NCBI GenBank assembly: GCA_964247055.1
Contig: OZ176057.1
Coordinates: 4,960,001-5,024,000, forward strand
Direction of reading: 5' to 3'
From: Paragordius varius
Taxonomy: Eukaryota; Animalia; Nematomorpha
Length of the DNA: 64,000 nt
Below are positions 38,319 through 50,399 of the stretch, piece after piece (positions within the stretch are counted from its first letter, which is position 1; every line of letters begins with the position of its first letter). The translations under genes were made by a program, and so were the position numbers. The notes below the pieces were generated by a model that was not told the DNA's origin, ran no database searches, and saw nothing but the letters and a program-made list of their open reading frames with translations.

Positions 38319-41300
38319 ATGTCCACCTTATTAGAACTGATATCATCTACAGCGGGATTCAATACAATCATTATAGTTATATCGACAATTTTGCTTGGCC
38401 TACTATACTTTAAAGATTCTATTATATATTGGTTAATAGTTGCTTGGAAAACAGCACCGCGAGATCTATACGGGTTATCGTGTTTACTTCGTTTTAGATA
38501 TAGATTATGGAGGTTTAAATGTGCTAATGGTACGATTTCCGGTCTTTTTTTCTCCCGAAGCCTTAGAAAGTGGAAACATAAAACTGCATTTTTGTTTGAA
38601 GATGATGTGTGGACGTTTGAACAGGTTGGATTATATGCTCAAGCCATTGGATTTTATTTTTATCGACATATACTCATTCCCTTGCATCAGGATAAGCAAA
38701 AAAATTCTATCGTAAATGGGGACAAACTTAATAATTCAAAATCTTCTGCCTCAGGCACACCTAAAAGTAAAAGCAATCTAAACAAATCATTTAAAGAGGA
38801 GGATCATGATTCTGATGTGAGTACTTCCACAAATTTCAGTACAGAACAAAATCCGATTAAAACATCCAATATGCAGACGACTAATAATCAACAATCGTCA
38901 ACAAACGGTAAGAATATCGATACCCAATCCTCTTCACAAACACTCTTTGCCCAACCAAATGGAAAACCTATAATAGCGCTCTTTATGGAATCTCGTCCTG
39001 AGTTTGTGTGTTGTTGGCTCGGTCTCTCACGCGTCGGATTGAAATCTGCCCTCATTAATTCAAACCTTAGGGGTGAAACGTTAGCAAACAGTATTAATGC
39101 CCTCCCTGCTATCCGTATCCTACTTTATGGTATTGAAATGCAATCTGCCGTAAATGAAATCCAAGATTTTTTACGCACCAACGGAATTGCAACTTATTGC
39201 ATGGATTATACATCGAGTGCTAGACTATTGCATAGCACTCATAATCCCACAAATACCTCTCAAATCACCAATGATTCTTCCCCCAAGAATCATGCCGCAG
39301 ATAATCACGCTTCAATCCCCAATGGATCGCCCAAAAACACCAATAAACAGAGTGACAATTCTGTTAAGAATACCTCCTTCACATCTTTTGCCAAAGTTAA
39401 AAATCCAAATTTAAATACGATTCATATCGATTCTGAACTTGAGTTTGGTCAGCCCTTGCCTCCCGAAGCCATTTATAAGGCCAGGAATAGACATGAAATT
39501 TTGTTTTATATTTATACGTCAGGGACAACCGGTTTACCCAAAGCAGCAATCGTTAGTCATGTCAAATACTTTTATCTCACTTATCTCGTTAGTCGAACCC
39601 TTAAAATCAATGAGCATGATATAATTTATACGGCATTACCCCTATATCACACGGCTGGTGGAATCGTAGGTGTTGGACAAGCCCTACTCCTGGGCAGTAC
39701 TGTAGTGGTGCGTAAAAAATTTTCAGCATCCGCATTTTGGACCGATTGCATTAAATATGGGTGCACTTGTGCTCAGTACATTGGGGAAATTTGTAGGTAT
39801 CTCCTGGCACGGCCCCCGGATCCAGCTATCGATAGGGGTCATCGTGTTAGACTCATGTATGGAAATGGGCTACGTGCCTCGATCTGGGGTGAATTTGTTG
39901 AACGCTTTGGCATAGCTCAGATTGGGGAATTTTACGGAGCCACTGAAAGTAATGCCAACATGGTTAACATGGATAACAAATTTGGTTCAGTCGGTTTTAA
40001 TAGCGTGATATTACCACAGTTACTATCCCTAACCCTGATACGAGTGGATAGGGATAGTGGCGAGGTAATACGCGACCCTAAAACCGGACTATGCGTTTCG
40101 TGCAAGCCTGGGGAACCGGGTGAGCTTGTTGGCCGTATTATACGAGGTGACCCGCTTAAAACATTTCAAGGATACTCCGACCGCGCGGCCAGTAAAAAGA
40201 AAATTGTCCGTGACGTTTTCAAACATGGAGACGCGGCATTCCTATCAGGTATGTCTGTTTTGGGACATAGCTTTTATGTTAGTGTTTAATCTTTCACTAC
40301 TTTCCTGGTAAAATTTAACCGTTATGCTCAAAAAATAAGGATTTTTATAAAAAACACCCCATATTATTAAGCCATATTGTATCCTATCTTTAGATAAAAT
40401 TATATTACTTATTTTAACCGTTTTTTTCTACTGGTTAGTGAGTACATTAATTTATCATGGGATTCCAGATGGTTAAATTATAAAACTGTGATTTATACCA
40501 TATTTGAAAATTGCAACAATTTAATACTTCATTTCCTTTTGTTCATATTGGTTAATTTAATTTTAAAATATGGCAAATTTTTTTTACATAAATAGTGAGT
40601 TTTGCCTAGTAAGTTATATTATGTATTTTTGGTTGTTAATGAATTAAATATTTTGGTTTTATTTTAATGCGTATCCATTAATTACAAAATCTAAACCGTA
40701 AATAATGGCTACATTTTTTTCAAAAAGATTACATTTATAGTCAAATTAGGTCAAAACACATTTTTACATTTTTAACTTTATTTTTGTCCCTTATAATTTT
40801 TCGCATGCATATATAAATGTTTTTGACATAGGAGACATACTTATCCAAGATGAATTGGGTTACTTTTATTTCGTGGATCGTACTGGTGATACGTTCCGTT
40901 GGAAAGGGGAAAATGTTAGTACCCAAGAGGTTGAAAATAATCTTGTTAACATTCTTAAACAACAAATCAATAATTCAAATATGTCTCCTGAGGAAAGTTT
41001 GGATGTTATAGTATATGGTGTACCTATAACCGGGCTAGAAGGAAAAGCCGGAATGGCCCTTATTATCCTACCTGGAAATGGTTTAAAAGAAGTTACCTCC
41101 GACTTTTGTAAGGCATTGTATGAGGCTATGTCTAAAGCCCTGCCTTCATACGCCCTGCCTGTCTTTTTGAGATTTTCTACCACGGAATCTAACTCGATCG
41201 AATACACGAGCACATTCAAACCCAAAAAGGGTCCCCTAGTTAAACAAGGTTTTTTTTAGTATATGGTTTATTTATACCACCAGTTTTGGATTTTTTTGCC

Positions 41301-41960
41301 AAAATTTATTTAATATGTCAAAAATTAACATGATGATAGGAGAGTTTGTGTTATTCGACGTAAAATTGTACTGTTTTAATCCTCCATGACTTTTTGGGGT
41401 AGTTTTATTCCCAGAGAAATTATATTTTAAAAAGTATTTAAGGCATTACGCTGGATTTAAATGCTTTCTTTAGCCTTTTTGGTTCATTAAATAAATATTT
41501 TTTAAAAAAATTATAATATTGTATCCTCACCTAAACTATTTTGTTGCTATTTTTCTATAATATATAAGCCTTTTTATAATACATGAGAACAATGTATGAG
41601 AACTAAATTTTAATTTAAATAACTTGCAAAACAGTAGTATATTTTCAACATTGAACTGTGGGGTATAAAACTACCTCAATATGTCAACTAGGAGAAAAAA
41701 GTCAAAAGGTCATGAAGCGTATGATGATTTGATTTAGTTTTATAAAACGTAATAAAAATTTTATCAGTGTCTTTTATAATTAAAATATTCTAAATTTCAT
41801 AGTATTACAATCTTAATCGCTTATAAATATTATCCTAGGTTATAAATTGGATGAAGTTAATGGTGATCAACTTTACGTTTTAGACGCTTCGGCTAAAACT
41901 TATGTACCTTTGACACCAGAAATTTATACGCAAATCGAAGAAGGAAAATACAGACTTTAA
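38319..41960 (+). CDS. SLC27A1: Long-chain fatty acid transport protein / very-long-chain acyl-CoA synthetase (SLC27A1/4-like), 3 exons: 38319-40248, 40832-41248, 41839-41960; ~822 aa
   Basis: N-terminal TM segment, AMP-binding motif YIYTSGTTGLPKAA, LPLYHTAGG, GEFYGATESN, and the FATP signature FLS|GDILIQDELGYFYFVDRTGDTFRWKGENVST. 2469 nt = 823 codons. The paralog assignment (A1 vs A4) cannot be resolved. Confidence 0.93.
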
Positions 41961-43430
41961 TTTTTCCCTCCCCTCCCATGTATTTTATTGATTGTTTAAC
42001 CAAATAATAGGGTAATTGTAAAAAAATAATATTTATAACTGGCTGTTTTATAATACCATTTTTTCACCTAGTGATATGAAACGTCCTAAATCTATGTCTA
42101 TAACATACCCCTTGGTTTTGACAACGCCCCTTAAATTTCCATATTCACCGAGAGAATAAATCTTGTCTTTATTTTCCAATTTTAGCACACATTTATTTTT
42201 CCTTGTACTTTTATTTCCGCAATATATATGTATATATATATTGTGACATATTTTAGCCCATATATGATCATTAGTTGTAATTTGTTTTAATAATTACTTG
42301 CAATCAATATCAAACACTTAGTTGATTTCATTTTAAATACTGTGTAATAACACCCTATGTTTCTCTTTATTCATAACTCTTGCAATCTTTTATATTCCTA
42401 ATCCGCACATATATATATTATACCACATATATAAATGGGTTTTCGTATCCAAAAAATGATAAACCTTAATTTTTTTTTGCTTATGTTTGTCCTGTAGATT
42501 CGTTCATATTAATTTTATTCTTATTTCTATACAATGCATATTATGTTAAACCACCAATCTAATATAAATCTTTTTTCCTATATATATATATACATATATA
42601 GTAAAAACATTAAATGAATAGTTAAAATAAAAACGTTATTTAGCACATTTTTAAAAAAAATTTAATACACATAAGAAACAAAAAAGGAATGACTAATTTA
42701 ATGGACGTAATGAAAGTTCATGACCGTTATGTACTTATTATATTTGATCGCTTATGTTAATTTTTTCCCTTTTTTTTTAAATAAAAACCCAATATTTTAC
42801 TATTCATTTTTTGTTTTTACTGTATATGTATCATGGAATAAATAACCTTAAAATACCATTGTACAATTATCATTTAGCTGTATATACATATAACATTAAA
42901 TAAACCATTTTATATTTTCATATTTATGCTTCATTTATAATGTTGTGTGCCCTATATTGTAAATATATAATACCCCTAACATAAAATCATTAAAATTTGA
43001 CAACATTTATTTTGAATATTTATGTATAGTTTTGGCTTAATTTCCTTAACCACAATTTTGATTTACAAAGAACACACGTTGAGATTTATTTGAGTTTCTT
43101 ATCCTTTTATATATACACCTATATATAGCTATCAGATTTATACTTATTATTAATAAAAATAAATTAATAAAAATTTATTAATATTTTTAAGGTATTTAGG
43201 TTATTTTTGATTGCGCATGTTGTTAGAATTTAAAGGCTTTATTGGAAATACTTTAATTGTTAAACTTGAATTTTTAGAACCGAAAAGTTTTGAAAGATAT
43301 GTTTATAAAGCTATGATTTAGATATATTAAAGAAATGGCAAACGAAATCATAGTGTTATTTCCCGTGATGTGTGCTGGATATTAAGGAATTAACAACTGA
43401 GGCCATTTTTGGTTTTTGTGCGAAAACATG

Positions 43431-43702
43431 CAGTAAAAATTGAAATTCTACGGACAAAATGTAATATAAAAATAATTTTTTTTCAAATGACACCCATACT
43501 TTTAAAACCTTAATTTATCCTAACGAAAACATTTAATTACAATCGTAAAATATATAATTGATTTTGTTACCAATATACATTTCTATATTATACTTTGTAG
43601 TTTGAAACAATGAGTTATATTTAAAAAAATTAAAAAAAGTATGGTTATTTTTTTGAAAAAAATATTTTTTACGTTTTGTCCGTATGATTTCCATTTTTAC
43701 TG
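43431..43702. mobile_element. MITE family B
   Basis: CAGTAAAAATTGAAATTCTACGGACAAAA ... TTTTGTCCGTATGATTTCCATTTTTACTG|TA. Confidence 0.88.
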
Positions 43703-43871
43703 TATTTTTTTTTTCAAGAATTTTTCAACAAGAGTATGCGGAGAAAATTTCGCTTCAACTTTAAACATCTATCCGAAAGATATTGGTCTATTAATTTAGA
43801 GGCTAAATAGAGCTATTATAATTTTAACAAAGAACTCAAAGTGTCAAATGCTCTGAACACACTTATTGATA

Positions 43872-44153
43872 CAGTAAAAATTGAAATTATATGGACAAAA
43901 CGTGAAAATATAAAGATAAATTTTTTTTTAAAAAGACAACCATACTTTTTTAATCCTGATTTTTTAATTATAACTTATTGTTTTAAATAACAAAGTATAT
44001 TATAGAAATGTAAATTGGTAACACAATCAATATTTATGATTGAAATTAAAAGTTTTTTATAGGATAAATCAAGGTTTAAAAAGTATGGTTGTCTTTTGAT
44101 AAAAAATATTGTCTCTAAATTTTTTAATGTCCGTATAATTTCAATTTGTACAG
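43872..44153. mobile_element. MITE family B
   Basis: TA|CAGTAAAAATTGAAATTATATGGACAAAA ... GTCCGTATAATTTCAATT. Confidence 0.85.
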
Positions 44154-44823
44154 TAGTTTAAAGGGTAAGTATATAAATTTTATTAAATATTTACAGTTAT
44201 TTGCTTTTTAATTGGTAATTGGATTAAGAAAAATTTTCTACCCATATTTTACATTTATTTTCAGCGATTTAAAAAATTAGAAGAAAAAATGGAGGAAAAA
44301 GTTTTAGATGAGGATTTTATATAATATTCCTAGACTGAAATAATATTTTTAAACTTAAATCAATACCTTTTATACTTTTTAAAATATTCAAACAAATGGC
44401 TTTGGAATATCAAATTAATTACCCCAAAAGGTAATGGAGTATTAAGCAACTTTTCTGGCAAATAAAATTAAATTGATAACATTTATTTGATTTTCAATCA
44501 TAAAATTTAAAATATAATTATCTATCCTTTAAAAATTAAAATACTCATAAAGTATCTAAAAATATGCCAACGCGTTAAAAAAAAATATGTTGGTGATATT
44601 ATGAATTGATTTAGTTACAAAAAAGCAAATTTTGGAAAAGGTGATGATCTATCTATATAAAATTATATAATAATAAATATTATATATATATAAATAAATT
44701 TTGTAACATAGTATCACAAAACAAAAAAAAATGTTTGTTTGCGGAAAACAAAAAAGGAATAAGTAATATTTTTTGCTAATTAAAACCTTTGCATAAAAAA
44801 ATAAAAATGATAAGAAAAATAAA

Positions 44824-45282
44824 TTAATATTGCTGAGAATTTGAACATTTCATATGGATAAGTAATTGACTAAGAAAAATAACAGGAGGTCGGAAATACC
44901 CAAATTTATTTTCAACAATAGTTTGTTTGGGTTGAGTTGTTATATCACCTAAATGATAATTTAAAAATAAATAATATATTATTAAATTTGAAACAAAAAA
45001 ATATTTAAAATTCTATATAGTACAGTAAAATTGAAAAGTCTTAGTTTATTTTGCCTTAAATTTTCAACTGTAAAACTGCAAAACCCATATATTTATAGAG
45101 CAATGAAAGGTGTGAATGAAAATGTTTATTATATTGAGATTATGGATAATTAAAGTAAAAATTGAATTTATACTATGGACAAAAAGTAAAAATATAATGT
45201 CATATATCTTTTTAAAAGACAACCCCATATTTTTTGAATCTTTATTTTCTTGATAATAACTTTTAATAATGCGAAATGTAAA

Positions 45283-45347
<65 letters not shown>

Positions 45348-46244
45348 CATATATTAGATCAATTTGATATTTTACCATCGTTATTGAATGGCTTATAGAG
45401 GATATATTAAGGTTTGAAAAAGTATGGTTGTCTTTTGAAAAAAAAATTTGTATTTATATTTTTATTGTAAGATTTGCACATATTTTTTAGGTAATTAATA
45501 AAATTATAAATACCTATATATTTAATTTATAATAATTAAGTTTTATTATATCTTTTTTTTGAGTGTCTTATTAAACTAACTTTCATAACTAATTTTACAA
45601 TAACTATTAATATTACAAGTATATATGATAGAAACATTTTTATAAGGCTAAAAAATTGTCTTTAATAAATTAAAAATAATCTGCAATTAATGTTAAGATA
45701 TATACACAATACACTCGAAGGATCTAAAAATATATTTAATAATCATTTCAAATATACTTTATACGATTTAAAATTTAATTAAGTCTTAACAACCATATAT
45801 TTATGTGTGTTTTAAGATGGTATATTCCCAAATTTTTTATAAAATAGTTAAAAAGATAATAAGGAAAGAATAAATATTTTCCTAAGAATATAAATATCCA
45901 AAAAAATCAAACAATTTTCAAACTATATATGTAAAAAAGCAATAGTTAAAAACATAATAAGGAAAGAATAAATATTTTCTTAAGCATATAAATATCCAAA
46001 AAATCAAACAATTTCCAAACTATATTTGATAAAAAAGCAAAATTATATATTTTCTGCGTATATATATATATATATATATATATACTTTTAGAAATTAATC
46101 CCAGATATTTACATAAACCATGAGCCAATAATCGAATATACGGGTTTTCCAAACAAAATGAATACGGTTGAGTCGGATTTGCCATAAAAAACTGTCTAAT
46201 TTCTCTTTCCAGCTCATATAATCTTTCCTAAATTTATAGTTTTT

Positions 46245-46278
<34 letters not shown>

Positions 46279-49200
46279 ATTTAAAATTCTTCAAATAGAC
46301 CCTTGAACAATTTATATTTACCCTTGAACAATTTAAATTCATCGTAATTCATATTCACCCTCAAACAATTCAAATTCATCCTTGAAAAATTCAAAAGTCG
46401 AACAATTCAAAATTACCCTAGAACAATTCAAATTCATCACACTTGAACAATTCAAATTCATCCTTTACCCTAAAATTAATTCAAATAGACCCTTTAACAA
46501 TTCAAATTCACCCTTGAACAATTCAAATTCAACCTAAAAATAAATTATTTATGCGTTTTCAAGCAGGTAATATAACTCATAATTAATATGAAATATATTT
46601 TAATGACATTGTTTATAATTTTCTTAGTATTATTTTACATTTAAAACAAAATTTTATTGTTTAAATACTATATTAAAATATAGGTAATTTCTAATGTTAA
46701 AAATCATTAATTTATCTGTGGGTTAATTTGAATTGTTCAAGGATGAATTAAAATTGTTTAAGGGTGAATATGAACTGTAAATGGTACATATATAAAATTA
46801 TACAGCAAAAGGTAAAAATATATAGACAAATATTTTTTTCTAAAAGACAACCAATTATACTTTTTGAATCTTGTTTTTTGAAATATAAATCATTTTTTAT
46901 AATTGCAAAGTATAAAATAGAGATGTATATTGTTAAATCAATTACATGTTTTAAATTGTTGTTAAATAATTTATGTGTGAATAATTAAGATTTAAAAAAC
47001 ATGGGGTTGTCTTTAGAAAAAAAATATTATTGTTCCTAATATTTTTACGTTTAGTTTATGTAATATTAATTTTACTGTATATCACATAATATTCTACTGA
47101 AAATAAGAGATTTTGTAAAAAGATTAAAAAATTTTAAGTACATACTTTTTTAAAGTTCAAATTTACCTTTAGACAATTCAATTTCACCCTAAAATAAATT
47201 ATGTGTTTTCTAAGATTAAAAAATTACCTATGTTTTATTAAATTTAAAAAAAGAAATTAAGTTTATAAATATAATACTGAAAAAATAATAAACTATGCCA
47301 TAATTATATTTCTTATTATAATGAGTTATATAAGGAAAACACATAATTTATATTTAGAGTGAATTCGAATAATTTAAGATTTGAATTGAAAGGTATATAA
47401 TAAATATTTTTTTTGGAAATTTGAAAAAGCTGTATTTATATTTCTAAATAAACCAAAATATACCTATTTTCTATATATTTCAATTCAAAGTTACTCCAAA
47501 AATATGAAAATGCTTGGAAAAAAAATAAATCTTAGAAAAATATATATATATATATATATATACCATTAACAATTCAAATTTATTCTAAAAATAAATTATG
47601 TGTTTTCGGGCAGCTAATATAACTCATCATTCATATGAAATATATCTTATTACCCAAGTTGTTTATTTTTTCAGTATTATATTAATTTTTAACGTAATAT
47701 CATTTTTTTAAAAATGTAAAAATATAGGTAATTTTTAATCTAAAACATAATTTGATTTAGGGTTAAATTGGAATTGTTCAAGGGGGGGGGGAATTTAAAC
47801 TGTAAATGGTATAATATATGTTACCAAAGGAATTTGTTTTCTATTTAACATTGCCCGTATATTTGCATCGATATTTCGGTAATTTGACTGAGCATTTTTA
47901 AGGATGACATCTAAAAGAAAATGTATAGAATTAAAATTTAGACAAATTCAAACGTAAAAATCTAAAAGACAAATATTTTTATTGAATAAAAAACAGTCAT
48001 ATCTTTTGAAAATTTAATCCATTTTTTGAGAAAATGTAGATTAAAAATTGAAATATGCTGGACAAATGGTAAAAATATAAATACAAAAATGTTTTTTTTA
48101 CAAGACACCATACTTTTTTAAATATTGATAATTTTATATATACCATTTACAGTTCAAATTCACCCTTAAACAATTCTAATTCACCCTTGAACAATTCAAA
48201 TTCACCCCAAAATAAATTATGTGTTTTTTAATTTAAAATTACTTTTGTTTTAAATAAATGAGAAAATAATAAATTATGCCAAAAAGAAATATTTATATTA
48301 ATAATGAGTTTTATATTAGTTCGAAAACACATAAATTTTTAGGGTAAATCTGAATTGTTCAAGAGTGAATATGAACTGTACGTAGTATATAATTGTTTAA
48401 ACTGCAAAGTATAAAATAGAAGAGATGTATATTGGTAAAACAATCAAATATGTTGTATTTTCGATTTTAAATAGGATAAATTAGGGTTTATAAAGTATGG
48501 TTTTTTGGTTGTCTTTTAGAGATAACATATTTTATCTTTATATTGTTACTCTATAGTAAACTTCAATTTTATTGTATTCTAATGTTTTGAAAGGTTGCTA
48601 AAAAATAAGCTATACATTAGTTATATGGTATTTATAATTGTATTTACATTTTAAATTAAATTTTTTTATTGCATTATTCAAAAAGAAATATTTGTCTTTT
48701 CGTTTTTAATCAACGCGTAGTCCTTTATAAATTTTCAACAGTTTTTTTAACAGTAAAAATCTCATATATCAAAAAAATTCATCGTTTTTTAAATTAGAAA
48801 AAAAACTGTAAATTTTACCATTAGATATTTGTGTGAAACATTTACAAATTCCTCCTTCAAATAATTTTGTGGTTAAATGTAAATTTTGTAATCCGCTTTC
48901 AATGTTTTTCATTGTATTGTTCTTGTTAAATGGTTCCATAGCATACAATGATTGCTCTAATGTTTCCAATACATTATTGCTGATATTTGAACTGCCTGTT
49001 TTGCATAGATAGATAGATTGATTGATATAAAAAATTTAAATTATACCATTTATAATGTTAATTCACCTCTGAACAATTCAAATTTCCTCTCCTTAAAAAA
49101 TTCAAATTTACCCCACCCTTAAACAATTTATATTCACCCACCTTGAATAATTTAAATTCACCTTGAACAATTTAAAACCTTGTTTGAACAATTCAAATTC

Positions 49201-50091
49201 ACCCTAAAAATGAATTTTGTGTTTTCGGGCAGGCAGCTAATATAATTCATCATTCATATGAAATATATTTTTATGACGCATAGTTTATTTTTTTTCAGTA
49301 TTATATTAATTTTAAACAGAATTTTATAATTTGAAAATATTAAATAAAGTTTTTAATCTTTAAAAATTAGGGTTGTGCATTTGACTGCTTTTTCAAAAAA
49401 AGTCCGGTCAGATCCAGTCAGACCATGGTCATGACCACTTTTTATCTAAATAAATACCGTGCGATATTGGATTGTGTTATGTTCGTTAATTTTTAATTAC
49501 ATAGCCTTTAATACTGTATATCTCCAATAAAATTTTTCCTAATTTGTTTTACACTTTCTTTCATCAGATTATAAAATGTTTTTTTTCATTTTATTGGTTC
49601 ACATATACGGAATAATTGCATATTTTCAAAAGTGCTTGATTGTTTTGTTTTACGAAATACCTGGATATGCTTAAATAAGGATTCAAGTTTAACGATTTTA
49701 TATTGTTAAATAAGCATTGAAATATATATTTAATTTATATTTTTTAAAAAATATATTAAATAAATAATTAGTCTTTTTTAAATTGTATCCGGACATGTGA
49801 AGGCTTTAATACTCGCCTACCTGACTGCCCAGGGCTAATTGACAGTGATGGTGGAAAAAAATTTGCGTAGTTTCGGGATTCGAACTCAGACACGCAGTGT
49901 GAGTTTTTATGAAATATATTAAACAATAAAATCTTACTATTTCTCTTCTAAAAAAAATTAACAGCAATTTTTCAAAAAACAGCTGTTTTTTTAAATGACC
50001 ATGGTCAAAAAATAAATAGTCAATTGACCCGGTCATGAACCTATTAAAAATACATGTAATTTAATTTACGGTGAATTTAAAATGTAAATGG

Positions 50092-50125
<34 letters not shown>

Positions 50126-50364
50126 TATAAGGCAAATATGATTTTTTTCTAAAAGACAACCTATACCAACCATACTTTTTAAATATTTATTTTATTTAAA
50201 TATAATTCATTGTTTTAAACTGCAAAGTATGTAATAGAGAAGATAATGTTAATTGGTCATACAATTAATTAATTTTGTGATTGTATTTTAAATACTTTTA
50301 TAGGGAAAATTAGTTAAAAAAGTATGGTTGGTTGTCTTTTGAAAACATATATAGTTTGTCTTTA

Positions 50365-50399
<35 letters not shown>

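Noticed and set aside
39500-40248. Higher GC in FATP exon 1 as evidence of horizontal transfer
   Set aside because: TFIIB exon 4 is similarly GC-rich. FATP has animal-type motifs, GT-AG introns and the same low-complexity inserts as its neighbours.
45064-45378. ORFs with YIYIYI runs (also 14117, 14826, 45168, 50324, 53202)
   Set aside because: Produced by (TA)n microsatellites and adjacent MITE sequence.
49860-49905. tRNA gene (B box GTTCGAATCC on the minus strand; a similar motif at ~3290 on +)
   Set aside because: No A box, acceptor stem or cloverleaf could be drawn. At most a SINE remnant.
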